Notes: generated by a model not told the origin, from the letters alone. Shown: positions 26,193 through 35,144, counted from the first letter of the stretch. The stretch is 37,606 nucleotides of DNA from an uncultured Acidimicrobiales bacterium (GCA_943788915.1 CALSSD010000004.1:186001-223606), one strand, 5' to 3'. A program made the numbers and translations.

Positions 26193-26260
26193 GGGTCTGA
26201 CCCCAGGTGACGGCGGGTCTGACCCCAGGTGACGCAGACAACGCTGGGCTGACACCTGGG
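26193..26260. repeat. Tandem GGGTCTGACCCCAGGTGACG REP-like repeats
   Basis: Exact 20-mers at 26193-26212 and 26215-26234, degenerate third at 26246-26260. Confidence 0.8.
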
Positions 26261-26269
26261 CTGGGTGGA

Positions 26270-26845
26270 TTACAGCGAGTCGAGGTATGCCTTGCCCCGG
26301 GGGCTCAGTTCGTAGCCGGGCGAGAAGCTAATGGTTAGGCCCAGACCCTTGAGTTTGCGAACGTCGTTCTTGAACGTCGGCTTATCCAAACCGAGTCCTT
26401 CGGCCAAGTCGGGGGCTCGCACTTGTGGATTGGCATCGAGCAGTCTGAGAAACGTGGTGGTCCACGGTCCCCGCTTCGACACCTTGTCGAGTCGAGCTAG
26501 CCGGGCCTGCAACTCGGCGATGTCATCCGCAGTCAGGTTTGCGTTCTCTCGCAGTGCAATCCGGGGATCGACGCCGCCGTGTTTAACGGTGATGCGATAG
26601 ATGTCGCCTTCGTCGCGGCTATCGAGTTCCGTTAGAAGTGCCGCCTTGGACACGAAGCCAGCTCGGTTGGCGTCGGCTGCGGTGATGGTCGACTTGGCGG
26701 TTTTGTCCACGGCAACGATATTCAACATGCCAACCGCAGTGCGGAGTTGGCCGCCTTCCTTCACGGTTGGCTTGCGCCATTTCCGAAAGATGATGTCGAG
26801 ATCACCAGCTTCGATCTGGTCCAGGACCACCCGCTTAATAAGCAC
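26270..26845 (-). CDS. ASCH/PUA-like domain protein with C-terminal winged HTH
   Basis: LDQIEAGDLDIIFRKWRKPTVKEGGQLRT, ADANRAGF, FKNDVRKLKGLGLTISFSPGYELSPRG. Confidence 0.75.
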   Translation of the reverse strand: MLIKRVVLDQIEAGDLDIIFRKWRKPTVKEGGQLRTAVGMLNIVAVDKTAKSTITAADANRAGFVSKAALLTELDSRDEGDIYRITVKHGGVDPRIALRENANLTADDIAELQARLARLDKVSKRGPWTTTFLRLLDANPQVRAPDLAEGLGLDKPTFKNDVRKLKGLGLTISFSPGYELSPRGKAYLDSL

Positions 26846-26909
26846 CAACTCATGCTTGCACACAATCAGCACAGACCTGCGGTGGTTGCACAGACCTAGG
26901 GTGGTGTCC

Positions 26910-27453
26910 ATGCTGATTACTCCGGAACGGGTCGGCGCAGCGGTGAGTGACGTTGATGTCCGACAACTTGACGACGACGCCACCACCCAGTTGGCGAACG
27001 CATGGGCCGAACATGGGGTGCTGTTCTTCCGTGATCAAGAGGTGACGCCCGAAGATCGCAACCGTGCTCAAGGAAGCTGATCAGCAGGGCAATATCGGTG
27101 GTGCCTGGCATACCGATCACACCTACGACCAGATCCCTGCTCGGGGATCGATTCTTCTGGCACGAGAGGCCCCTCCTGTTGGCGGCGATACCCGATTCGC
27201 CGACGTGGCCGCAGCCTACGACGCCCTTTCTCCCGGACTCCAGAAGACCCTCGAGTCGCTCGAAACGGTGCACAGCAACGAACATGTCGGTCAGGATCAG
27301 TTCACCACCCAGTTTTGATCGGACGTTGGGTCAATCGCTATGTGGGACAACCGCAGCACCCCTCACTGGGCGCTCAACGATTATCCCGGCCATCGCCGTC
27401 TCATGCACCGCATCACCGTCGCCGGGGAAACACCCTCTCCCGCTACTTCTTGA
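26910..27453 (+). pseudogene. tauD: TauD/TfdA-family dioxygenase pseudogene
   Basis: Fragments [42 protein letters not shown]; two internal deletions, a frame change near 27060 and in-frame TGA at 27316-27318. Confidence 0.85.
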
Positions 27454-27488
27454 CACTCCTGGTTGTGGTCAGAGGGGCCAATAATTCG

Positions 27489-28229
27489 TCAGCCGAAGGT
27501 TCGCCACGCCAGACCGATTGCTGAGAAGACGAGCAAGGCCAACACGAACTGGTCGAACGCCGCTGAGCTGAGCCGGTCTCGGATCCGGCTGCCGAGGGGG
27601 ACGGTCGCCAGCGCAGGGATGCATGCCGCGAGCGTGACGATCCACAAACCTTTGAGCTCGCCGCTTGCTACGAGTACCGGAAAATTGGGAGATGCCCCGC
27701 TGCGGCGAATAGCACCGTGACCGCCAGGATCTGCGCGTTTCGGTCGGGCCGAAGGCTCTGCACCCACGACACCACGATCGGTCCAGAGATGCCCACGGCG
27801 CCCTGCATGATTCCTGCAGCTGACCCAACGACTGGCGCCCACCGGTGTGACGTTTCGGGGCCGACCGCGAATTCGGGCGAGGCCAGCTTGAGCGCCACGT
27901 ACCCGAGCACCACCAAGATGAGCACCGCTATCAGCGGCTTCTCTGGAAGTGACACCAGCAGGAACGTGCCAGCTGCGGCCGCCGACGAACGCGAACGCGC
28001 TGAGGCGAGCAAGGTCTCGAGTCTGTGACCAGTGCGATCGTTGCGCCCAAACCAAGGCAAGGTTGAGCGCCAAGTTCGGCAGCGCTCCAACAACGACGGC
28101 CTCTTCGATCGTGGCGATATACGAGATAGCCGGGATGGTCACGAACGGCATGCCGATGCCGCTGGTGCTCTTCAGTACTGCGCCGATAATTACTGACACC
28201 ATGACAACCACGATCTGTGACGTGGTCAT
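27489..28229 (-). pseudogene. Sulfite exporter TauE/SafE (TSUP) gene with two compensating frameshifts
   Basis: Ends hydrophobic in one frame; the middle (GTFLLVSLPE...GIMQGAVGISGP) is in another frame between about 27980 and 27695. Confidence 0.8.
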
Positions 28230-28281
28230 GTTGTCGTCTCAGGTCTGTGAACCTCAGGTCGCGTTATTCGCGGTGTGAGCC

Positions 28282-28700
28282 TCACCGATGTGGGGTGAGA
28301 GTGGCAAGGAAGCTGTCGACGCTCGTGACGAGTGCGCCGCAATCGTCGTCGGCGATGTCACTGGACAGGGCGGTAAATCCCTGGCGGGCGATGTAGAGGC
28401 CTTCATCGAGGGCAGCGTGAAAAGGAAGCTTGACTAGACGGTCCTCGGTCGAGCGGATGCACACCATCGAGCCAACCCCGGTCGCCCACAGGGGCATATC
28501 GGCAGCGGTGAAGGAGGTGTTCACTCGTTTGCGTAGACGATCATCCCGCTCGTTCACAGCCAGAAGCCTTGCTGGTGCAAGCTCACTGTTCATCGCAGCA
28601 ACCGCGGCCGACATAGACACGATGTCGTTCCATTGTGTTCTAGCTGCGCTGGAGTTGTAGTTGGTTGATCTGCATGGCAGCACGCACCGACCTTACTTAG
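28282..28700 (-). pseudogene. C-terminal remnant of a class III aminotransferase (GSA aminomutase-like)
   Basis: LEHNGT / NDIVSMSAAVAAM across a frame change (cf. HGGTFNNN..SMAAG), ATGVGSMV, GLYIARQGF; N-terminal two-thirds absent. Confidence 0.55.
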
Positions 28701-28813
28701 ATCGGTCACGAGCGTGCGCTGATCTATTGCCAAGTGTCGTCGGACAAGGAGAAGCTGAGCCGCAGCGTGACCGAGCAGGAAGCGGCTTGCCGACAGACGT
28801 GTGAGGACAATGG

Positions 28814-29983
28814 CTGCCGGACGACCCGCTACTGGCCGAAGTAGCGGTCGCGGTTCGTGATACCGAAGACTGGGGTTCGATCGTTGATCCGAACTGGCGA
28901 AGGGTGTACTCCTCGGACGATGAACGAAGGTCATTCGCTGGAGGTGGCGAGCTGGCCGCGACGGTCATCGATGAACATCTCTTCGGGCCAGAATCGATCG
29001 CAGTTATGGCTGAGGCACGCTTTGCCATGACTTCGCCCGAGACGTGGCACAGCTTCTTCACCGGGCTCGGACCGCTGGTACTCAGAGACACACCGGGGGG
29101 CGAAGTGTCACTTCGCGAACAGGTCCATCCCTCGCTTCGCGATCTGGTCGATCAGCTCACGCCGAGCGACGCACCGGCCATCGGCTTCGAGTTCAAGAGT
29201 TCCGGACTGGTCGCGGCCAGGCCCCTCCACTGCAAGGCAGTCAGAATCCGAGATGAACGAGGGACGCTGCGTGGCACCTTGATCTCGACCAAACTGGCAG
29301 TGCCGATGAGCACCCAGGCGGCGATGGCATTCGAACTCAATCCGGCCCACGTGCAGCGCACATTCTCCATGGGTAAGGCCCGTCGTCGCGCAGGGGCGGT
29401 GCTGTTCGCCGACCTCGAGAGCTCCTCGGCTCTGGCGCGTCGTCTCTCCACCAGCAGCTACTTCACGCTGGTCCGCCGACTCGTTCGGGCCGCTGACCAG
29501 TGCATCGTGGATGCCGGAGGGCTCGTCGGTCGTCATGTAGGCGACGGTGTCGTCGCATTCTTCCCGGTCGAAAGCTACAACTCGGAATCGGCAGCAGCGC
29601 TCGCCTGCCTGAGCGCCGCACGCAACATCCGCAAAGCCATCGCTGACGTCGCGCCAGGTTCCGGACTCCCCACCGATAACGTCGTGATCCGGTTCGGCCT
29701 GCATTGGGGAGCCACGCTGTTCATCGGCAGCATTACCACCGCGGCTCGTGCTGAGGTCACCGCACTCGGCGACGAGGCCAACGAAGCTGCACGAATCGAG
29801 GCATGCGCCACCGGAGGCCGCTCGCTCGCCTCAAAGCAGTTGCTCGAACGCCTCGAGCCGATCGACGCCGCCGTACTCGGCATCGATCCGGACCATCTGG
29901 CCTATACCCAACTCTCCCAACTCCCCACCGCCACCGACAAAGCACGTCGCGACGCACCTGCGATCGCCGTCTGCGAGATCTGA
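28814..29983 (+). CDS. Class III adenylate/guanylate cyclase with N-terminal PAS-like region; start uncertain
   Basis: VLFADLESS, HVGDG, IRFGLHWG, TALGDEANEAARIE; frame is open upstream of GTG 28904 to 28805 (LPDDPLLAEVA...), nearest ATG 28810 is out of frame by one base. Confidence 0.85.
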   Translation: MPDDPLLAEVAVAVRDTEDWGSIVDPNWRRVYSSDDERRSFAGGGELAATVIDEHLFGPESIAVMAEARFAMTSPETWHSFFTGLGPLVLRDTPGGEVSLREQVHPSLRDLVDQLTPSDAPAIGFEFKSSGLVAARPLHCKAVRIRDERGTLRGTLISTKLAVPMSTQAAMAFELNPAHVQRTFSMGKARRRAGAVLFADLESSSALARRLSTSSYFTLVRRLVRAADQCIVDAGGLVGRHVGDGVVAFFPVESYNSESAAALACLSAARNIRKAIADVAPGSGLPTDNVVIRFGLHWGATLFIGSITTAARAEVTALGDEANEAARIEACATGGRSLASKQLLERLEPIDAAVLGIDPDHLAYTQLSQLPTATDKARRDAPAIAVCEI

Positions 29984-30086
29984 CACTTAGCTCACAACCG
30001 ATCGGCCGCTCTCGATAACAGGCGAATTGAGTGCTGGCAATGCCAGGTAACGCCCGCCGATTCAGGGGTGCGCGTGCGTTGCTCGA

Positions 30087-30401
30087 TCAGTCCAGTTCGA
30101 GCACGAGTCGCAGTGCCTGGTCGACCGCTGCGAGTTCGCCGACAGAGAGCTGACCCACGAAGTCGCCCAGGCGCTCCGGGGGAACAGCTGATATCTGCTC
30201 GACGAGCACTTGTGTGGATTCGTCGCCGATGATGATGGTGGGTCGAAAAATACGGGCCGAAGAAGACGCTGAGGTGGGAGCCACTAACACCGTGGAGAGG
30301 ATCAGATCGTCGGACTGCACGATGACGGCGTATCGCTCGCCACGCTGTTCGTGTCCTCGGGTGGCCTTCGGAGCACGCAGTCGATGGACATCACCACGCA
30401 C
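30087..30401 (-). CDS. mazF: PemK/MazF-family toxin
   Basis: RGDVHRL, GHEQRGERYAVIVQSD, VLVAPTS, VLVEQISAV, VDQALRLVLEL. Confidence 0.92.
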   Translation of the reverse strand: MRGDVHRLRAPKATRGHEQRGERYAVIVQSDDLILSTVLVAPTSASSSARIFRPTIIIGDESTQVLVEQISAVPPERLGDFVGQLSVGELAAVDQALRLVLELD

Positions 30402-30957
30402 GGAGCTCGTCCATGTCAGCTAAGACCCGCCGGCTCTCAGCTCTATCCTCTGGGTCGCTCGCCAGCTCACGGGACTCAGCGCGCATCTCGAGCAGCGTGA
30501 TCAACGCGCCATTGCGAAGATCACCGAGCCCGGCCTGGGCCAATAGAGCCCCGAGTTCGTTGCGATCCAACCCGAGAGTCCCTGACTCTGCATTTACTTT
30601 GGGGCGGCGAAGGTTGGCGGCGGGATTCTTGGCGATGATGTCTTCGAGTTGGCAGTACTTGTAAAACGACGACAGCGTCGACAACCGCCGCCCAATCGTC
30701 GATGGCATCCGCCCTTGTTGTTCCATCCAACGTCCGAAAGTCTCCAGGTGAGGCCGCTTAACGTTCAAAAGGTTGACGCCATGGTCGTGACACCATGTGG
30801 TGAAGATCCGCACATCGGTCGCATAACTTTGGCGGGTCGGATCGCTGTACCCGGCCAGAAACGCTGCGACGGCGACGCGTTCGGTGATCATCACCGGGTC
30901 GTCGTAGCGGACAACCTCAACGGTGTGGACGGTGGTGGTGTTCGTGGTGTCGGCCAT
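30391..30957 (-). CDS. Chimera: tyrosine recombinase N-terminal part fused in frame to an antitoxin C-terminus
   Basis: Integrase-like TRQSYATD, PSTIGRRLSTLSSFYKY, NPAANLRRPKV, LDRNELGALL, ALITLL, then EMRAESRELASDPEDRAESRRVLADMDELRAW overlapping the mazF start; AAGGAGG RBS. Confidence 0.7.
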   Translation of the reverse strand: MADTTNTTTVHTVEVVRYDDPVMITERVAVAAFLAGYSDPTRQSYATDVRIFTTWCHDHGVNLLNVKRPHLETFGRWMEQQGRMPSTIGRRLSTLSSFYKYCQLEDIIAKNPAANLRRPKVNAESGTLGLDRNELGALLAQAGLGDLRNGALITLLEMRAESRELASDPEDRAESRRVLADMDELRAW

Positions 30958-31036
30958 GGCGGCCTCCTTGGTGACCCAGTCTCCAATGGAGACGGGACCA
31001 CCCACGCTCGCGCCGAACCCGAAACGCTGCTGGCGG

Positions 31037-31056
31037 CCGCGATTATCGGGTGCCCC
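31037..31056 (-). other. Repeated site A (GGGGCACCCGATAATCGCGG), upstream of the integrase fragment
   Basis: 15-nt identity with site D, 17/20 with site B. Confidence 0.6.
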
Positions 31057-31172
31057 TGGAAGGGCCGATATAGCGTGGTTAGATTCGTCACGCGTGCGTG
31101 GTTATGTTGCGGTGATGTCAGGCGGACAGAATATGGCTAGATACTTCAACTAAAAAGCGCCATAATGGTGGG

Positions 31173-31430
31173 ATGGAAGCTGGCATTCGCGAACTCCGAG
31201 ATCACCTCAGTCGTTACCTTGAGGTTGTCCGCGACGGAAAGGAAGTCACCGTGACCGATCACGGCAAGGCGGTGGCGCGTTTGGTGCCGCTCGATCGGCC
31301 GCGAGCTATCGATCGCTTGATCAACGAGGGCATCATCTCGCCCGCCGAACAATCCAAGCAGCACCGTGCAACTCCACACATCAGCGCGAACGGAACCGTG
31401 AGCGACCTCGTCGCCGAACAGCGTCAGTGA
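31173..31430 (+). CDS. vapB: Phd/YefM-family antitoxin (VapB)
   Basis: GIRELRDHLSRYLEVVRDGKEVTVTDHGKAVARLVP; CATAAT 6 nt upstream suggests leaderless mRNA. Confidence 0.93.
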   Translation: MEAGIRELRDHLSRYLEVVRDGKEVTVTDHGKAVARLVPLDRPRAIDRLINEGIISPAEQSKQHRATPHISANGTVSDLVAEQRQ

Positions 31431-31888
31431 TCGCGTACTTCGACACCTCCGCACTCGTTCCCCTGATGATCAACGAGCCAGCATCGGACACGTGCCGCCG
31501 CTTGTGGAATGACGCTACCCGCACGATCAGCACTCGTCTGATCTACCCCGAGGCGCGAGCGGCCCTTGCCCAGGCCGAAAGAATGGGCCGACTCACCTCT
31601 GCGGACCTGGCCGAGGCCGTCGAGGACTTGGACTCGATCACCAGGCAGATCGACTACGTCGAGATCACCGCCCATCTAGCCAAATCAGCAGGCGTTCTGG
31701 CCCAGACGCATGGACTTCGAGGGTACGACGCTGTCCACCTCGCATCAGCCGCACTCGCCAACGATGACGAACTCGTCATGGTCACCGGCGACAGCAAGCT
31801 CGGGGCCGCCGCCCAATCGATCGCATCTCGGTCGCCTTCACCGCCACCTAGCGCAGCCTCTGCGTTCCAACCGACGGTGATTCCGTGA
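31427..31888 (+). CDS. vapC: VapC PIN-domain toxin; C-terminus probably frameshifted (likely true stop 31849-31851)
   Basis: YFDTSALVP, YPEARAAL, LRGYDAVHLASA, VTGD; adding one G near 31822 gives AQSIGISVAFTAT-stop. Confidence 0.9.
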   Translation: MIAYFDTSALVPLMINEPASDTCRRLWNDATRTISTRLIYPEARAALAQAERMGRLTSADLAEAVEDLDSITRQIDYVEITAHLAKSAGVLAQTHGLRGYDAVHLASAALANDDELVMVTGDSKLGAAAQSIASRSPSPPPSAASAFQPTVIP

Positions 31889-31949
31889 CGCCACACTCGG
31901 GCCGAACTGAGCGAGCTGATCGTCCAATACTGCTCGCCTACAAAGGCCG

Positions 31950-31979
31950 GTAGTACCTATCGTACTACTCTGGTAGTCT
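31950..31979 (+). promoter_or_regulatory. mazEF operator and leaderless -10
   Basis: GTAGTAC-N5-GTACTAC (31950-31968), ACTAC-N4-GTAGT (31964-31977), TAGTCT 6 nt before ATG 31986. Confidence 0.6.
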
Positions 31980-31985
31980 TGCGGT

Positions 31986-32198
31986 ATGAAAGTCAGCGTG
32001 AGTATTCCAGACGAAGACATCGAGTATCTCGACAACTACGTCAAGGCCCACCGGTTCGCATCGCGCTCGGCAGCGCTCCGGCGCGCGATCCGTCTCCTCC
32101 GGGCATCGGAACTGACCGAGTCCTACGCTGCTGCGTTCTCGGAGTGGTCAGATGATCCGGACAGCGGCGCCTGGGACACCGCAACCATGGACGCCTGA
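31986..32198 (+). CDS. mazE: Ribbon-helix-helix MazE-type antitoxin
   Basis: MKVSVSIPDEDIEYLD..SRSAALRRAIRLLRASEL..YAAAFSEW; TGATG coupling to the toxin. Confidence 0.9.
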   Translation: MKVSVSIPDEDIEYLDNYVKAHRFASRSAALRRAIRLLRASELTESYAAAFSEWSDDPDSGAWDTATMDA

Positions 32199-32546
32199 TG
32201 CGCCGCAGCGAGATCCGACTCGTCAACCTCGACCCTGTTGTGGGGAGCGAAGCTGCCCGCACACGACCAGGCGTCATCGTCAGCAATGACGGAGCCAACC
32301 ACCACAGCGCAACGACTCGGGCAGGGCGTGGTGACGATCGTCCCCGTCACGTCCAACATCAACCACGTCTACCCGTTCCAAACCCTGCTTCCCGCTGACG
32401 AGACCGGCCTCGACGTCGACTCCAAGGCGCAAGCCGAACAGGTGCGCTCCGTCGCAGTCGAACGTGTCGGTGCCGTAATCGGCAACGTTCCATTCCACGC
32501 CATGGACCAACTCGAAGACGCACTCCGCCTTCACCTTGACCTCTAA
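32198..32546 (+). pseudogene. mazF: MazF toxin (mycobacterial MazF-mt1-like) with a +1 frameshift
   Basis: MRRSEIRLVNLDPVVGSEAARTRPGVIVSNDGAN then TTAQRLGQGVVTIVPVTSN...DSKAQAEQVRSV...LRLHLDL; length 349 = 116x3+1; extra C at 32299-32300. Confidence 0.88.
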
Positions 32547-32554
32547 CAACCGCT

Positions 32555-33008
32555 CATAATCGCGATCCAGAACACTTGGGCCCGCGCCGCAGTACCGGCG
32601 AGGTGCGGCGCACTTCACGACCTGAGGGCCGCTCGGTAATCTCGAGTTTGGGTGCTGTCGTTGCCCGGTGGGGGAACGGTGCTACTGGTCAGTGGTCTGG
32701 CCGTCACTGCGGCTGTTGTGCGTCCAAAACGAAACAACGAGCCTGGTCATCAGGCGAAACATCAGCCGGGAACAGCTCAAGAACCCGCCGATCCTTATCA
32801 CTCAGAAAGCTGCCCCGAGCCACACCACATCACCCCCAAAGGCGAAACTAACCCAGCCGACAAGCCGCCGCACGAGGACCACTCAACGCGTCATCAACCT
32901 CACACTCCGTCAAAGTCGACCGCAACATTCCGGCCATTTGCCGGGCAGACCCCGAGTCAGGCAGCGAGACGACCCAGACGCGTAATGGTGGTGTCGCTCG
33001 GGATTATG
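32555..33008. mobile_element. Non-coding 454-bp segment bounded by imperfect inverted repeats (possible MITE or IS end)
   Basis: CATAATCGCGATC (32555-32567) vs GCTCGGGATTATG (32996-33008), 11/13; no credible ORF; G/T-rich then C/A-rich halves. Confidence 0.35.
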
Positions 33009-33060
33009 GCTCGCTGCACTGGGGCCTGATTCATGCTTGGGGTGCGTGGCGGGTTATCGG

Positions 33061-33080
33061 TCGCGGTTATCGGGTGTCCC
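33061..33080 (-). other. Repeated site B (GGGACACCCGATAACCGCGA) with an adjacent second CCGATAAC
   Basis: Alignment to sites A and D. Confidence 0.55.
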
Positions 33081-33216
33081 AGCGGCTATATCAGATCGTC
33101 AGACTCGCAGTAGACGTACTCGACAACCTTGCGAACAATTCTTTGCTCCGCCTCATCTCTCGATGCTTCTCCCGCAACGCATTCGAGCCGACCGAGCGAT
33201 CGTTCCGCCGAAGTCC

Positions 33217-33775
33217 TCAATCATCGGCGGGAAATGATCGACATTCGGGGTGGGCCGGGATCTGGAGCACGTTGCACATGCTGGAAACGGTGCGATACCA
33301 ACCGACGAGCACGATGAACTCCACGATTTGTTGGTCGTTATAGCGGTCTTGCAGGAATGTCCACGCGTCGTCACCGAGGTTGGCAGAGGCTGCAAGCTCG
33401 TCGACGACCTCCATCAGTCTGAGCTCGTCATCATCCCAGAGGCCTCGCTCCCGGTCCGGCCCTGAGACCGTCGAGTCGAGTTGTTCATCGGTTAGGCCGA
33501 CCGCGTTGCCGAAAATGGTGGCGTGCAGGCTCCATTCGTGTTCGGCCCCCGTGGCTTCCGGTGACCCGGTCGATGATGATCTCCCGGTCCCGGGTGCTCA
33601 TGAGGTTGTGACCGAGAAAGCCGGCGCCGAGGACTCCGGTGCGCGACGCCAAGTCAGGATGAATGTGGAAAGCCTCGAAAATCTCAGGAGTCGTGAGCTT
33701 CGAGCCTGCTTTCCAACGCTCGATCTGCTTGCCGATGCCGTTCTGGTACGGAGGTTTTGGAATAGTGAGGCGCAT
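33217..33775 (-). pseudogene. Carboxymuconolactone decarboxylase (AhpD-like) family gene with a +1 frameshift
   Basis: HPDLA..RDREIIIDRVT then AEHEWSLHATIF..GLTDEQL..VDEL..QQIVEFIVLVGWY; length 559 = 186x3+1; shift at or near CCCCC 33546-33550. Confidence 0.85.
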
Positions 33776-34012
33776 GCTCACCAATAATGCTCGGTCGGCC
33801 GAGGGTCCGCAACTCCCTGCGAACCGGTACAGGGATACGGAACCTGGGGTCCAGGATCTAGCTCACTTCCGCAGTCTGGAAGACCTCGTCTATCGACCTG
33901 GCGACTGCAGCCGATTCGACCAGCGAACGGCTGGCGTAGAAGACCATCCGAGGGCGATGCGGAGGCCGAACTGATCGCGCATCGCTCCGCCAAGCATGTC
34001 GGCGTCAGCTCG

Positions 34013-34208
34013 TTGAAGCGAAACAACTTTCAGATCCTCGGAAACCGAGACCCGCAAGTGCATGTACACATCGTTGCCCCGGTTCGACCCCGATCCATCA
34101 CCGTCGATGCCGCTACCGGAGTCTGCCTGGGTCCACAGCACGACATTGAGTGCCGAGGAGTTGGTCGACCAAATCGGCGCACTGCGAACCGCGATCGCTT
34201 CGGCATGA
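34013..34208 (+). pseudogene. C-terminal remnant of a HIT-family protein
   Basis: NFQILGNRDPQVHVHIV then (+1 at 34077-34080) RFDPDPSPSMPLPESAW...IGALRTAIASA-stop; N-terminus missing. Confidence 0.65.
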
Positions 34209-34291
34209 AGCTCCCTGCGGCCGGCATTATCTCGTGTCACTATTGGGGCCGATATGCGGCGCGAGCCTGAGCGCTGTGACCGGGATTCTGG

Positions 34292-34311
34292 GCGTCGTTA
34301 TCGGGCGCGTT
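34292..34311 (-). other. Repeated site C (AACGCGCCCGATAACGACGC), more diverged
   Basis: GCGCCCGATAAC core aligned with sites A, B and D. Confidence 0.4.
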
Positions 34312-34348
34312 TGGGCGCTGAGCCATCGATACTTTGGTCCGGCTGCTA

Positions 34349-34450
34349 TTAACACAGAAGCCGATCATCCTGGGCGTTTGCGGAGGGCCGAAGAGCCGCC
34401 AATACGAGTCCGGCAGCGACGATCGCCACCAGGAATCTGACGAGACGCAT
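34349..34450 (-). pseudogene. Signal-peptide stump of a secreted protein (33 aa)
   Basis: Manual translation MRLVRFLVAIVAAGLVLAALRPSANAQDDRLLC-stop with an ANA cleavage motif. Confidence 0.45.
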
Positions 34451-34570
34451 GCAACAATGCTCGGTGGGCCAGCTACCGGACCGGTCGAGCCCGGAGTCCT
34501 GACCACCGAGAGTTCGAGCCATACGTCGACCGGGGTGAAATACGGTTGGCCGACGGGATAGGCGCTGACA

Positions 34571-35041
34571 TCATCGGTTTCGAATGGACATCACAACCGA
34601 GCCAACGAGGCCAACCAAGATTCGAGGAGGGCAGATCAGGATGGCAATCAGGAGGGTCGCCACTGCGAGGCCTTGCAGCGGCACTTGAAGTAGAGCCGTA
34701 CCTTCTACCTGGCCGGCAACCGCATCAAACACATTGTGAAGAAGACCTGACACCACGAGGGCAGCTGCCGATCCGAACAGTAAGTTCCTGAACTTCGTCG
34801 CACTTCGCCAGGGGTGAACGAAAGCCAGAACAAGGGCAATGGCAGCGCCAAAGGCCAGGAGTATCCCGGGAAGATTGTCAGAGATTCCCTCAATGGCAGC
34901 TGCTGCTGAAAGGATGCAACAGACCGCAATCCAGACGGCTGTTCGGTTCCGATTATGGCGAGCCGCAAACGCTTCAAACATGAGATACCTCACTTTCCTC
35001 GGCAAACCTTCTTCGTCTTCCAACCGATTGGATGTATTCAT
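34571..35041 (-). CDS. Hypothetical four-TM membrane protein
   Basis: Four hydrophobic segments, ISDNLPGILL, FVHPWR, LLHNVF; lower GC than neighbours; start uncertain (35041 or 34981). Confidence 0.7.
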   Translation of the reverse strand: MNTSNRLEDEEGLPRKVRYLMFEAFAARHNRNRTAVWIAVCCILSAAAAIEGISDNLPGILLAFGAAIALVLAFVHPWRSATKFRNLLFGSAAALVVSGLLHNVFDAVAGQVEGTALLQVPLQGLAVATLLIAILICPPRILVGLVGSVVMSIRNR

Positions 35042-35144
35042 TTCGATCCAATTATCATCCGTCGACTACCAGCGCCCGCTCGCAGGCTGGGCACTGCCGG
35101 TGCCAACCAGTGGACCCTGCTGATCGCTACCAGCCGGTGGGCAT

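Noticed and set aside
27316..27318. Selenocysteine read-through of the in-frame TGA in tauD (prompted by yqeC)
   Set aside because: Not a Cys position in TauD, the gene is otherwise deleted and frameshifted, and YqeC relates to the Se cofactor rather than Sec.
12496..27480. 12-bp match TCAGAGGGGCCA at 12496 and 27469
   Set aside because: Short, not extendable and in unrelated contexts; compatible with chance.
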